DNA of 64,000 bases from Marsupella aquatica (Eukaryota > Plantae > Marchantiophyta), in NCBI GenBank assembly GCA_973895155.1, contig OZ316899.1, positions 8,807,241-8,871,240 on the forward strand. The letters run 5' to 3'. The notes under the pieces are model-generated. The model worked only from the letters and a program-made list of their open reading frames with translations. It made no database searches and was not told the DNA's origin. Shown in pieces: positions 1 through 13,480 of the stretch. A program made the translations under genes and the position numbers. Each line of letters begins with the position of its first letter. The first letter of the stretch is position 1.

Positions 1-1790
1 AAAGTTTGTATATCATATAGCACAAGAAATAGAAAGTGATACACCAGACCCACTTACTATGAAAGAAGCTCAACAAAGAACAGATTGGCCGAAATGGCAA
101 GAGGCCATCAACACGGAGATGGATGCCCTCATCAAAAGACAGGTCTTTGGACCACTTATACCGGCACCACCAGGTAACAACTACACAGAATTAATCCCGA
201 TTCACATTCATTAGAAAACGGAATGCGAAAGGAGAAGTAATAAGATACAGAGCAAGACTAGTAGCCAAAGGGTATACACAAATACCAAGCAGGGATTACG
301 ACCTCACATATTCACCCGTCAGGGACGCGATCACATACAGATACCTTATTACTTTCTCCATACAACATAAACTTATCAACAATTTAATGGACGTGGTAAC
401 TGCGTACCTTTATGGCACTCTGGACACAGACATTTACATGAAAGCACCTCACGAATTGATCCAAAGAGTGAAACACTATACTCAGGGGGAGACGTCCCAG
501 AACCTGAGCCCAGATATCAAGTCGGGTATACGACAGATCATACCTGATGAAACGGTTAAAATGCTCCTTATGCATAGTGGACATACACAAGACAAGCATA
601 AGAAAACCCCTGGAAATACAGGATCTGACAAACCGACATTAGCCGTAAAAGTATTACGCTCCATAAATGGCCTTAAACAGAGCGGACGAATATGGTACAA
701 GAAGTTTAAAACAGAGATGATCAACCTTGGATTCACCAACAACAATATTGCCCCATGTCTCTTTATCAAACAAAGGAACGATGAATTCATTATATTAGCA
801 CTGTACATCAACGATGTGAACCTGTTTGGGACACCCACAATTATCAAAGAGACTATCAGAACCCTGAAAGGAGTGTTCGAAATGAAAGACCTGGGCGAAC
901 CAACATATTGCTTAGGATTACAATTCGAGCACCTCCAGAATGGCACCTTTATCTACCAATCAACATACACACAAAAGATTATCAAATAGTTCAACATGCA
1001 CCTATCACACCCGGTCTCCACACCAATGGAACTCCGGTCCCTTGACCCAGCAAAAGATATGTTCAGACGCAGACAAGATCACGAACCTATATTAGGCTCG
1101 GAAAAACCCTATCTATCTGCTGTGGGAGCGCTAATGTACCTAGCGAATCACACACGGCCTGACATCTCATTCTCAGTTAGTCTCCTTGCAAGACACAGCG
1201 CACAACCGACAATCCGCCACTGGAATGGCATCAAAAGGATATTTAGGTACCTCCAAGGCACCCCTGACCTGGGCCTTTTCTTCCCGAAAGACAGCCCCGA
1301 CAACCTCATCGGAACACAGACGCTGGATACTTATCTGACCCCCAAGACTCAAAATCTCAAACTGGCTATGTCTTCCTGCAAGGCACGACTGCAATATCCT
1401 GGCGTAGCACAAAGCAAATGATGACAACCACATCATCAAATCATTCTAAAGTCATAGCATTATACGAGGCATGCAGAGAAGCCCTATGTTTAAGAAGTAT
1501 CATTAACCACATCAGGACCAGCACTGGAAAGTCGAAGATAACCAAACCCACAATAATCTATGAGGATAATAAAGCCTGCATAGACCAAATCGTCAACGGC
1601 ATTATGAAAACCAAAAGAACCAAGCATATTGATCCCAAGTTCTTCTTTACGCAAGAACAACAAGGCAAGAACATACAAGTAGAACGGATTTGATCACAGG
1701 ATAACAGGGCAGATATATTCACAAAACCTCTACCTGCTGGAACTCATAGAGACCACGTCGCTGGAATAGGTATGAAAAAGCTATCCATAT
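1..1790 (+). pseudogene. Ty1/copia pol remnant (RT + RNase H), Bianca-like
   Basis: MDVVTAYLYGTLDTDIYMK, GLKQSGRIWY, LYINDV (degenerate YVDD), FEMKDLG, PYLSAVGALMYLANHTRPDI, TSSNHS, IYEDNKAC, RTKHIDPKFF, ADIFTKPL; stops and frameshifts; 5' part lies outside the window. Confidence 0.95.
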
Positions 1791-2448
1791 TACTCCAAGA
1801 AAGCCAGGACATACAATCCTTAACAAAAAGCACATAAACTGCAAATGCCAGCACGCAAAATCCAACTAATGATGAACGGACCCGACAGCAACAGCCCATA
1901 CTAGAGGTTCGCAACTCCGTTCATACATTTCACTTCATCTTCTTTCCTTCTTCGTCCATCACCGTTACTTTGATGTAGATCGCCAACACTTAACAAGCCA
2001 CCACCACAAAGGCCACAATAAGGTGCGAAGGCGACTCACCTGAGAGACGGATGTTCAAAGACACGGAACAACACAACGAATCGAGCTGCACCTGACAACT
2101 CGATCGGACATCCTAACAATACACCACTCATACGCCAAGCTCCCGCCCCAATGACTTACGCTGAAGACCTTACAAACCTCAAGAACTCATCTTGGAGAAA
2201 GTGAAAGACCCAACTCAATCGTATAGTATAGACACAGTATAACCATACTCATAGGAAACATATTAGTCAAAACAAAACTAGGATATCAAAAACGGAACCA
2301 TTGGATCCCAATATGTAATGATGGTAGTACTCTTTCCTTGAGAAGAAAGCGGCAAGGTTTTAATGAGGCTACATCGATGGGAATACCAATGAAATAATCT
2401 AGGGTTAAACAAAAAAATGTGGTTACTTTATACACCCATAAACTAACC

Positions 2449-2597
2449 AAGGGGGAGTGTTGTAAACCATAGTTTACCCTTAACCCTAGAATAAGGTTAC
2501 CTTTAACCTTACATGATGTAACCCAATGGCTATATAAAGCCATACCTTAATGGAGTGAAGTATCTAATACTATGATGAAAAACCTTGTCTCACAACA
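2449..2597 (+). repeat. Copia polypurine tract (2449-2457) and short 3' LTR (2458-2597)
   Basis: AAGGGGGAG directly followed by TGTTGT...; ends ACAACA (inverted repeat); internal TATATAAA; 5' LTR not in the window, so the end is unconfirmed. Confidence 0.65.
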
Positions 2598-2899
2598 AAT
2601 GGTTGAATTGTTGACTACTGATAATGGTCATGGGGTTGCACACCGGATTAAACCACCTCTTCATTGTGTTCATAGTGATTCAACTCAGTGGAGACGTAGT
2701 TGTCCTCCACCTAAAAGGGCATGGGTCAGATTGCCAAATACTTAGTCCTATTATGCTCAATTCAATCATTGGCCTTCCTATGCGTGGCAACATACAATTT
2801 CCATTTAGGGTGCTTGGCTTCACCAACATCCCGTTCTGTTCAAGTTTGCCTAGCCAAGAAAAATGTGCACACATATTAGACTGGCATAATTTTCAATTC

Positions 2900-3365
2900 A
2901 GTCGCGGAACTCGACTACCTTAACACTTAGCTCCAGCGTCGCTCACTCCGACGCCAAGCTCCCTTATGGTCCAAGTCCGGATAGGCCATCCGGGGAGGAC
3001 TTAGCATGGGGAGACTTGTAGGCAATGAGACGTGGCACTAGCGAAGCAAGGAGCCAAGCTGGGAACACACACTAAGGACTTGGACTAGCGGATAGCTGGT
3101 CGGGTCAAGGGGAAATGGGCCGGGCTCAAGGATGGCCGTCCGGACCTCCGGATGGAATTTGAGTTCTGAGGGCTTGAATGCGAGCTCCTGTTGGGCCCAA
3201 GGCCAATGTTGTTGACGCCATGGGCAACGAACGCTTGGGGCGCAAGTTATGGCCTGAGCCGGGTTGGGCCGGTCGGGGGCCCTGAGCGGCGATGAGACCT
3301 GAGGGCCTAGGCATGAGCACTAGGTCGGCCCGATCACAACGGGCTAAGGCACTCCGCTTGCGGAT
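2900..3365 (+). repeat. Gypsy solo LTR, left part (joins 19306-20330)
   Basis: Similar to 3366-3830; starts AGTCGCGG; preceded by AATTC (2895-2899), which recurs at 20331-20335. Confidence 0.9.
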
Positions 3366-4857
3366 AGTCGCGGAACTCGACTACCTTAACACTTAGCTCC
3401 GGCATCGCTGACTCTGACGTCGAGTTCCCTTATGGTCCAGGCCCGCATAGGCCATCCGGGGAGGACTTAGCATGGGGAGACTTGTGGGCAATGAGACGTG
3501 GCACTGGCGAGGCAAGGGCCAAGCTGGGGACACAAACTAAGGACTTGGACTAGCCTATGGCTGGTCGGGTCAAGGGGAAATGGGCCGGGCTCATGGATGG
3601 CCGTCCGGACCGTCGGATGGGCTTTGAGTTCTGAGGGCTTGGAAGTGAGCTCCTCTTGGGCCCAAGGCCAATGGAGTTGACGCCATTGGCAACGGACGCT
3701 TGAGGCGCAAGTTGTGGCCCGAGCCGGGTTGGGCCGGTCGGGGGCCCCAAGCGGCGATCAGACCTGAGGGCCTAGGCATGAGCACTGGGTCGGCCCGGTC
3801 ACAACGGGCTAAGGCACTCCGCTTGCGGATGCCTATCAAGAAAGTTATGGGCGTTGCCAGTTGGTGGCGCGCCCATTATGCGCGATGGGATCCGGGTTGG
3901 GGGCCAAATGTTTAGGGACCAAAGCTGGTCCGGGGGTGGCAGGTCTCCAGAAGCATATATGAGGGGAGTGGTGTCTCCCTGGGGGTTAAGGGCGAGCCGA
4001 AGTCGTGAGCCGCGGCGGTCGTGACACAAAGGGAAACCGCCAAACGGAAACGACAATATCTTCCCAACGGGAAGTCCGTTGGAGGACTTCTTAGGTGCGT
4101 TGGAAAGCTCTTGAGGAGGACTACGCCCTCCTGAGCTCAGCTGGGTCTGGGGGTGCCATGGGTTCTCGTGGTTTGCGGGTGTTAGCTCGCCCGTTTGCCA
4201 AATCCTGCCGAACAGTAGCCAAGCCGCGTTCAGCCTCCCAAGGGAGCTTGCGTTGGGGAGGCAAGGCCAAGTAGGTGTGGAGGCTGAGTCCCAAGGGCGC
4301 TCGGTCCCTAGACCATCAGTGGGGCAAACCAGGAGTTGGTGTTAGAGTCGGGGCCGTTCTGGTCCCGGCGTGTTGAGACAAGCTTGGGACAAGCTTTAGG
4401 ACAAGCTACGCTATTTGGGCCATGAGCATGTCCTGAGGTCAGGGCGGTCAGTTGGTGATGGATAGGTACGAGGGGGAACCCGGGCCGCGCCCAAGGAAAG
4501 AGCTACTTGGACAGACAACGGGCGTGGGTTCTGGTTCTGGCTTATGGCATCGGGAGGACCTATTGCTGACCTATTTACCAACGTCTGTTGAGCTTGAGTT
4601 AGGATGCTAGACTTGGCGAGTTCTAGATCCGATGGGGTTACTTACCGAGGTGCTTGGTTGCTTGTGCAGATAGTGAGGACCGTTGAGTAGCGGTCGTGTG
4701 GGTGAGCAAGCGCGGCTTTGTATGGGAGTGGCCGCGGGTGGTGCTAGAGGCATTCGGATGCTTGCTCGAGGTATTCCGTGGAGACGTTCGAGCACCAAGG
4801 GCACTTAGGCGCAAGTGCTGGGCTTGGTGAGGGCGCTGGGTGGCGAGGTCCACCACT
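3366..4857 (+). repeat. Gypsy 5' LTR (~1.49 kb, AGT...ACT ends)
   Basis: 3767-4857 matches 18209-19300; begins AGTCGCGGAACT, ends AGGTCCACCACT; PBS follows after 2 nt. Confidence 0.9.
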
Positions 4858-4859
4858 TG

Positions 4860-4871
4860 TGGTATTAGAGC
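4860..4871 (+). promoter_or_regulatory. Primer-binding site, initiator tRNA-Met type
   Basis: TGGTATTAGAGC, one mismatch to canonical TGGTATCAGAGC, right after the LTR. Confidence 0.85.
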
Positions 4872-6166
4872 GATTGCTGGCATAGACACCGGGCCGGGGT
4901 TGTGCACTAGTAGAAACCGGGGCAATTTAGACCATACCTTATAGGACTAAGCCCACTAAGTCCTTTTTCCATACTTGAAACGACTCGCACCCATTGCACC
5001 GGTTTTGTTGAAGACTACAAAAGACTATTAGTGTTTTATGGTTCACTAAAAGACTATGAGAAGTAACCTTGCTACTTTGTGAACGGTGAATAGTCTAGCA
5101 CATCATGGGTAATGTTCACTTATGTTGAGGAGGGGTAATTCTGTAAAGAGGGTGATAGCAAGGGGCATAACTCAATAAATGGCCTTATTTGTGACCAAAA
5201 AGGTTTTGGAGTGAGGTTCATGGAGGGTGGACTACGGAGGGATCGATTACTAACTCCATCTATAAAAGGCCGAGATGCACAAAGGTAGATTTGTACCGGT
5301 CTCAAGGGGGTGTGGGTTTAGGGTTAGGGGGTTGTCCAGCCGAAGAACACTCGATTGAAATAGTGACGCAATGGTTTAGGGTAAAGGAACATGTTTAGGG
5401 ACCCTAACTTGTTTGCTGCCTTGGGAGGATCTTGAGAGCCTGAGCTTGCAAGCGGCATGCACTCTAAAAATGGCCCCTGGCATTGCAAAGATAGTCTGGC
5501 CACAGTCGAGTTGTCAAGACGTTTAGGGGGTTTATATGTCAAGGCTAGGGGGTGGCTGGGTTTTCACTAAAGGGGGTGGGGGTTTGATGTCAAGGGTCGG
5601 GGGTTGCATGTTAAGGGGATGGGGGTTTAGGAACCATTGGATCGTTGGCATCATGTCCATTGACATCATGTTCCCCATCATGTCCATTGACATCATATAT
5701 GTCGGGAAAGATAATTGACAAATTATTCATGAGGGTAGGCAATTTGGACAATGTTCACCTATGTTCAGGAGGGGTAATTGCATAAATTAAGAGGGTGATG
5801 ACAAGGGGCATCACTCATTAAATGGCCTTATTTGTGACCAAAAGAGGTTTGGTTTAATGAAGTTCGATCACCACAGATATTTGCTAAGGCCAAAGTATTT
5901 GTTTAGCGACACTACACTAAGTTGTCACTCACAACACTTGAGTGAATGGAGGGGGTTTATGGGTCAGGATAATCTTGCCGTTACCATGTCAACAACACCA
6001 GTGACTTTGGTAACGGTATCCCAAGCTAGGGGCCTGTACCGCTTGCAGTACCGTTTGGACACCCGAGTCGCGCGACCGTTGGAAGGGAACAAGCCGGTTA
6101 TGCAACTTTGCATACACTTAGCAGGTTGTTGATGTGTTTAGGGATCCCGCCACATTCCCAACTTGC

Positions 6167-6300
6167 GGAGCAAGGTTTATTGTGTTCTCTTGGTGGGATC
6201 GGGAGTTTAGGGATCGGAGCAAGGTTTTATCGTGTTCTCTCGATGGGAGCGGGAGCTTAGGGATTGGAGCAAGGTTTTCCGTGTAATCTTGGTGGGAACG
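6167..6300 (+). repeat. ~50-bp tandem repeat (about 3 units)
   Basis: GGAGCAAGGTTT...GTGTTCTCTTGGTGGGATCGGGAGTTTAGGGATC unit repeated; about 2 units also at 21049-21130. Confidence 0.8.
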
Positions 6301-9300
6301 TCTCTACAGTGAGGTTTAGTGTTCCCATTTTCTTGTGGTCGGCTCTGTGAAATCCGAGAAGAGGGATTGGGAGTTTAGGGATGCTGCAATGACCGGCTCT
6401 CGAAGGGTGAGGTGAGACAACCTATTCAACGCCCTTTTGCTGCACCCTTAAGCTGTCGAGCTGCCATTGAGCTGGTGAAGCTGCATGCGGGTTGCATCTG
6501 TTCTACGGGCGCGCTATCTGCCTGGTTTATGGATTGTGGACTTTGTGGGGAGCGACAATCGGTAACAACATGAAGGCCATCAGAGGCTGGGCAATGCAGT
6601 CGCAAGAGCTGTGGTCGAGGAGGAGCTCACCACAAATTGGGGAGAAGACGCGGGTGACGAGCTGGGGGCGGGGAGGAGCTACGGTCAGGGAGGATACAGA
6701 CCGTCTACAGAACGACTGGCAGTCGGAGCGGCGCAAGAGCTTAGAGTGGGCCAACGCCAGCTGAATACAAGCCAGGAGTTGCATAAGGTGAGAGTCCAAG
6801 TTTTGTGTTGCTTTAGTGTTTGAGCAGCGTGCTGCCATTTCAGCCACAGTGCACCGCCTTTGAAGCTCCCGTTGTCAGGGCTGGTAAGACATCACGGCTA
6901 CATTGCTTTTCTTTGTTGTCCTCTGTCTTTTTGTGGGGACAACCTACTTGATTTGAGCTGCGCAAATTGTCATAAGTTAAGGCATGCGTCATGCCATCTG
7001 GATAGTGTGCCACCGAACTGTGGGAGGATGAGCAACGCGTGGCTGTAAGCAGGTGTTCTGTCAGCACAGGCGAGATTTCATTGTTAAAATCCTATTGCCT
7101 GCAATGTGTCTTGTAATGTGTTTTTCCTCATTCAATCAGGAGCTGAGAAGGGTATTGTTAGGCTTCAATTACTCTGTGTTTTTCTCCAGCTCCATGGTAC
7201 AGTTTGTGCTTTGTCTGGCGCCCATGCTCTGTCGATCGTAGAGCTAGGTCAACCGAGCTTTGAAGAGGGAGACTGTGGGAGCTCCTTACTTTGCTGCAGT
7301 TGCTCTTCAATCAACGGTGTAGAGATTGTAGCTACGATCGGTGTTTGCGGAGCTGCCAGCCGGGTGCTTCGATAGTAGAGAAGAGCAGCCATAGTGATTC
7401 AGTCCTTCTCCTACTTGCAACCAAGGACCCCCTGTGCATCGTAACGTTAGACCTCGGAGCTGAGCTGCGCACTGTCTCTATTACATGCCTTGTTGTTCTC
7501 TATTACATGCCTTGTTCTCCGGTCCACTGTTTCCTGCGATTTTCTTTCTTCTAGAAGAGAATGGTGATTTCTTCTTCATCAAACAAAACCCCACCCAACC
7601 ACCACCCAAGAACGTGGGGTGCGCGCTTCTTAATCCTCCTCAAACTGGTCCCAAGTCTGCTAAAACCCCATATATTACCCACCGGCACCAAGGGTCCAGT
7701 CCCAACTCGTCTTCCGCTTGCCACCCTCCTCACTCTCTCGCGCATCTATCTCCCGACATTTCACGTGCAGCCGAGCCCACCAAAAGCTCTCTCCCTACAA
7801 TCCCTCCTAAATCAACTTTCTCGTTTCCTGCTGCTGCTGATGTATGTTTGTTCTCCCCTATTTTTGTTTACTGATTGGTCTCTCCACACTTCCTGCTTGA
7901 CATTACTGTTTTGCTCCTCCTGGATCCAAACATGCCTTGTGCCCCGTGCTCCAACCTGCATCCTTTTCTTTATTGAGGGGGGGACCACAGCCTCCAGCCA
8001 TACCTTGTGGCGGGCCTGGTCAAGACGGTGGTCGGTAGCTCATTTTTGCTTTTTTCTCTTTTGTTTCCCAAGCTTCTGGGCAAGGGCATTACCATTCTGG
8101 ATTCTCCGCGAGGCGCCACTAGTTTTTTTTCTCGGTTGCCCGTGTGCCTGCCTTCTTAGTTTTGTTTTTTCCTCAAGTGACCGGGCCATCGCTGTATGCA
8201 GATTCTTCTTGTTGTATTCATGTACAGTATTTTATTGTTCTATCTAGGCTGTGGCAAGCCAACAAACTGTTGACAACCAACATGGAATAACAACTATGCA
8301 ATGCAATGGCAGAGGACACTGTCCAATACAGGAATGACATGGTTATGTTTTCAATTCCTTGCTTGGATGAGGCATGGTGTTGCTTGTAATCATGTATTTC
8401 TTCACACTAGAAAAGTAGTCTGTCAGATGAGGTTGTCGGGATTGTCTGTGGGTCAGTCATCTTACGGACACCTAGCAACGTCAAATGAATGGCGGAAACG
8501 GGCCATGTTGTCATTTTGAAATTTGTCTTTCCTTTTGCCATGCTACCCAATCATTTTGTTAGTCCATGAGTCATAGATTCATAGATTCTATGTTTTGTGC
8601 TTTGTCTAGAATGCTATGGCGCCCATGCTACAATTTGTGGTTTTTGTCTAAGCACAAATCCTCTCTGTGCCTGGTCTGTGTGTCCCGTCATTTGGATTGA
8701 TTGTGCAGACGTTTCCTCTTCTCCTAGTCCTTGTCATCCACCAGCCAAAGCACATTGGATTGTTTTCAAAGGAGGGTTGTGTAGTTCGGAGGGTTTGATC
8801 TATGCAGCGGATTTGAGCAGATTGGCGGTTGTTAGTTTCTTCTTGTAAAACCTGTCTGTCTTTTCTACTTTTGGCCATGCTCCTTCACTTGTTGCTGCAA
8901 GCTCAATGTGCTTCAGCTATGGCAATATTCACTTACCCTGTCCCAACGGCACTGCCATGAGCTGTAGGACAGCCAACAGAAGCAGATTGTATCAATTGCA
9001 TGTAAGTCAGGGTATTTTATGTATTGCGGAACAACTGTCCAAGTATGCTGCAATGGTCCATCTTGCGCAGCTGAATGAGCCAATTTCATTTTCCCTGTGC
9101 ACTTCTATTTCTCAGAGAATTCCCTGGTCATGCTCATTTCCCCCAGAGTTAGAAAACAAAGAAGAAGAGCTGACTAATTGTAATTCCAATCCATATCCTG
9201 ATCGGTCAAGGATTGTGAACTACATTGGCCTTGTCATTGGCCGAGGTCACCAAATTTTGCTTGGTTTCATTCCTGTGGAGCACTGCTGTGATGGATGAAT

Positions 9301-10822
9301 AGTTGTCGTAGCATTCTGCAAACTCTCACGGTTTGCTTATGGCCATTATTTGCAATTCGCTGCTACTAATATGTCTTCTTCTGAGTAGCATACACCAAAA
9401 GTAAGCAATAGTGGAGGTTTAACTGCACATCAACACATCCAGTGAACTACCTCTCTGCTCCTCACTGGAGGGTGAGACTTTCATTCTTTCTGGATATTGT
9501 AGTTTGTAAGCAAGTTGATTAGGAGTGTTTCATGCTATGTTTACACTGTGACCCCTAGCTGGAACCAATGGAATGACACAGTGAGTGGGAACTGATAATT
9601 TAAGGTTGGTTGCTGTTGGTGAGGCAAGTACAGCTCCTGCTCACCTTGTTGATCGAAGGTGCTTATCAGAGGACGTGAACACACGACACTCCACAAAAGC
9701 AACACTTATGGTGAGGACCCGCAATGCTAAACATGTGCGGCTTGCACGCAAGGCAGAGATGTTGCACCTTGAGTATGTCAGACTTGGGATCCTTCCAGCC
9801 TAGTCTGCATGGTACTTTGAGTACCCAGTTGTTGCCAGGAACAACTACAGCCGCCCTGTACTTGCTTCTCCACCCTTCCCAACATCCTTGGTATTTTTGT
9901 CTCTCGTACATGACCCACCACAAATTAGGGCCCAAGGGTGTGTGCATAGTTGCCAGTATGACTGTCCTGCCTGTAGGGCTTCTGGCCTAGAGTTGGATGA
10001 CCGTTCTCTTGGATGTCGGTTTTTTCACAGAGCACAATGTATCATCTGGAACCACTCGCCATCTTGCAGTGTGCCTGGCGATGACACTTGTCCTGCCCTC
10101 CCAGACCCCACCACCGGTCACTTTGGTGTCTACACATGTTTGGATCACACGCTGTAGAGGACCACTTGTCACACCGCATGCACAGACCAGAGACCATTGA
10201 CCTATAACTTAACACTTTGACTTGAACAGAGAGGATATTTACTTAAGATTTTGAATTATGAGCAATTTTGGGTCCAGGGTTTACGATCAACAGTACATAA
10301 CTTATCCTATTATGGCTGCACTAAGTACAATATCCTAATTTAAGAGGCTAGCAAGCTCACTTAGCAGTCTCCTTTCAAAGACTGGAATTAATGGGCCATG
10401 TGATATCCTGGAAAAAGTGATTTATGCCTAACTTATTTGTCTCATTCACTATCATAGCCTATTTAGGATGTATAAATTACAACCCTGATCACACTGCTTG
10501 ATACCAATCCTGTTCAAAAAATGCCTGTTTTACATGTCACGATTGTTATATGTGATTCAAATGCATTAAATCTTGTTGCAGATCTCCTTTGGTGAATCAT
10601 AGCCACAAAATTGAGGTGTAGGTGGAGCTATTGTACGAGGGGATCAGTTTTTAGTGTGGGCTCAACAAACCAAAAAGTATGTCTACTCTGGACATGTGTG
10701 TGAACATTTCATTGCAGTAGCAATTGCCACTCTAGTCTATATGCTACACTGTACTTTTTGCACACTGCTAAATTGTATTGTCTGTGCACTGCTAAATTGT
10801 ACTATCTGTCTCATGCGTAGGC

Positions 10823-11503
10823 ATGGCACGCCCTAAAATCCGAGCCAAGAAGCGGGGGACAGAGGTGAGCAACATAGGTGTAGTTGGGCCAGATGGTAGT
10901 AACTTCTCCGCAAGTCACATTTTCCAGAAGGCAGCTCATTGTTGTGCCATTTGTGACGATGGTGGGGGCTTAGCCATATGTGAGGGCCCTTGCATGAGGC
11001 ATTTCCACCTCAACCCGGAGTCTGACCTTGCTGCGGAAAACAACTGTCCAGGGGTGGGCCTCCCGTCAGCACACCAAGGAGGCTGGATGTGCACTGATTG
11101 TTTGGAGAAGCAGGCTAAGTGTGCACAGTGTGGGAAGTTGGGGTCTTATGAGGGCTCTGTTGATGCTCCACCACTTGTTAGGAAATGCCCTGACAGATAT
11201 TGTGTGAGGTTCTTTTGTTTTTCATGTTTACCCGATCTTGCCACAGCTTGCCCACTTCATAAGTGCAAGGCATGTGGTCAGCACGATGAAGATTTCTGGG
11301 TGGACATAGTCCACTATGTTAGGTGTCCCACCATGTGGCACTTTCATTGTTTGAAGGAGCGTCAAGCAGAAGGCTATGCTTGTGACAGACACATCTATCA
11401 TCACTTTGCACATGGTGTTGATCGATGGATCTTCTATTGTCATCGCCATGCCATAGATCCTACTTTGCACACTCCCATGAGAGATCACATTTCTTGGCTT
11501 TGA
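10823..11503 (+). CDS. Multi-PHD zinc-finger protein (EDM2/NSD-like tandem PHD fingers) inside CACTA
   Basis: CAICDDGGGLAICEGPCMRHFH...C, WMCTDC, KCAQCGKLG, VRKCPDRYCVRFFC, CPLHKCKACG, RCPTMWHFHCL; open 226-aa frame. Confidence 0.85.
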   Translation: MARPKIRAKKRGTEVSNIGVVGPDGSNFSASHIFQKAAHCCAICDDGGGLAICEGPCMRHFHLNPESDLAAENNCPGVGLPSAHQGGWMCTDCLEKQAKCAQCGKLGSYEGSVDAPPLVRKCPDRYCVRFFCFSCLPDLATACPLHKCKACGQHDEDFWVDIVHYVRCPTMWHFHCLKERQAEGYACDRHIYHHFAHGVDRWIFYCHRHAIDPTLHTPMRDHISWL

Positions 11504-11920
11504 ACCTGAATAATGTACATGCATAGTGCACCTGATGTGGATACCTTGGAGATTGCAGACATTCCAATTTTGAGAAGAAGGACCTCTGTAGGAGAGGATG
11601 CTTAGGCAACAAGTACCCTAAGTTCATTACTTGTTCCTGGGTACATGCCTTCAAAAACTCCCCTTAAGCCTTCTAGGAACTTTTTTAACTCTGCAATCAT
11701 TTTGATCACGACTTACATGACACTGCTTAAATTAAATCAGGACTTCTCATTATGAGCATATAAGTTACAAGGCTATTTAATTTGCGATAATTCCCTTAAA
11801 GTGTACCAACATTTTGTATTCTCATTGAATGTCTGCCCATTTACAACATCTGTATGTGGCATTTTAGGATGAGTGATTCACTTATGTTGGACAATGCACT
11901 GAATTGTAGTTGATGCAGAG

Positions 11921-12514
11921 TTGACAGACTCTCAACCAAGTGGGAGCAGGGTGAAGCGACGTCAAAACTTGGGAGCAACATTGGATGCAAGTAAGATTGT
12001 AGATGCTTCAATTGAAGCAAGTACAATGTTGGCAGATACTGAGATGATGTCGCAGGGAAATCCTGCTACACAATCGGAAGTGTCAAATATGGATGCAGAT
12101 TCTTTGAAGAAGAGTGTAGCCAATTCTCGATCACCAGCACAAAACACTCGTGCCAAAGTCATGACTCGCAACCAAGGTATGAATAATGTCATGTATAAGC
12201 CACCTAGGAAAGCCAAGAAAAACAGCCAAGGTAAGGTGGAGGTGATAGCCATAGCAGAGCCAGTCCATAATCTTCTATCATGGGAGGATGACTGGCAGGT
12301 ATGTGTGGGTACAGGCATTTTGCGACCGGATCATGCTAAATTCCATGGCAAAGTGGTCTCGGATGACCATGTAGTAGTGTTGTTGACTACAGTGATTGTA
12401 TCTGATTGTAATTTGCCATTTCCGAATAGAGACGATGATCCACCTCAGGAAATAATTGCAGATGCAGTAGGATCTCTTGTGCTCTGGCCATCAGAGTGTG
12501 TTAGTCTGCAGTGA
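11921..12514 (+). CDS. CACTA TnpA/Tnp1-like C-terminal exon
   Basis: VGTG...FHGKVV...VVV...LPFPN...IADAVGSLVLWP matches the C-terminal domain of En/Spm second ORFs; TGCAG acceptor at 11914-11918. Confidence 0.7.
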   Translation: MTDSQPSGSRVKRRQNLGATLDASKIVDASIEASTMLADTEMMSQGNPATQSEVSNMDADSLKKSVANSRSPAQNTRAKVMTRNQGMNNVMYKPPRKAKKNSQGKVEVIAIAEPVHNLLSWEDDWQVCVGTGILRPDHAKFHGKVVSDDHVVVLLTTVIVSDCNLPFPNRDDDPPQEIIADAVGSLVLWPSECVSLQ

Positions 12515-13480
12515 CTGAATGCAAGTGTAGATAGAATCATGTGAATTGTGTTACATTTTGACATTGCCTTGGAAAGATCCAAGAAATATCTTTACCAATT
12601 TTTCCATTTGGTAAAGAGGATGAAGGAACCGTTGTGTGTGACATTGATATTTCTGAGTTCTGTATGTATGAAACAAGTGATTGATGTCAAACTATGGCTT
12701 TATGGTGATTGTCGATGATACTTGAATCTGTTTTGTATCATTTCAATATTAGTGTGTATGGTATAGACAAATGCTTTGTGACCTTCTTTGTAGTCTATGA
12801 TGTTTGAATTTGTGAATTCATATTAGTTTACATGGTATAGAAGATGGCTTTCTGAAAATTTGTGTGAGGTTCTAATGTTAACATGGTGAATGGTGACCTT
12901 ATAGAGTGAGTTCATTCCAAGTACACAATAAAACATGAATGGAATGTGTTATTTGTGCACAAGAGTGAGTTCATTCCAAGTATATAGTGGGGTCTTCATC
13001 ACTCATTTCCAGTTGACATGAAAGACTTGTACATACCCCACAAAGTGTCTACTTTAGTCGTTTTATAAACCCACAAAGTATACTTAAAGACTACCCTCCA
13101 TAACCTTTTGAGTCATTCCCAACGACTCACCATCGCAGCCCATAAAAGACTGAAAAAGACTCACCAAACCTACCCACACAAAGACTACAATAGACTGAAA
13201 ATCCAGTCTATAAAACGACTTATAAACCAGTTCTATAAAGGACTCAGTTGATTATAGTAACAAAACATACGACTCATAGTCCTATAAAGGACTGGAGTCC
13301 TTCCCAGTTGTTTCCAAGTCCTATACGGTACTGAATAGTCGTTTAATGGGGTCTAAATACCCCCCAATTTCTACTAGTGGTGCTAAGTCGGAATCCAAAA
13401 ATCTTAACGGATTTTTTCGGGGACTCAGTGCTTCAACGTGCCCAGCGGGTCGACTGCGGGCAGATTCGGTCGCTGGGAAC

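Larger units (their letters stand above)
4905..13379. mobile_element. Non-autonomous CACTA/En-Spm DNA transposon
   Basis: TIRs CACTAGTAGAAA (4905) and TTTCTACTAGTG (ends 13379), imperfectly extending to TTTAGACC; 3-bp TSD GTG at 4902-4904 and 13380-13382; AAAGACT-type subterminal repeats at both ends; no Tnp2 transposase. Confidence 0.95.

Noticed and set aside
3126-4925. Short ORFs in the GC-rich LTRs (also 18036-20329)
   Set aside because: Incidental frames in LTR sequence, not preserved between LTR copies
5310-5635. Scattered TTTAGGG-like telomeric words
   Set aside because: Isolated words in a G-rich tract, not an array
8906-9298. KH/SF1-like snippet NYIGLVIGRG
   Set aside because: Too short and divergent to support a call
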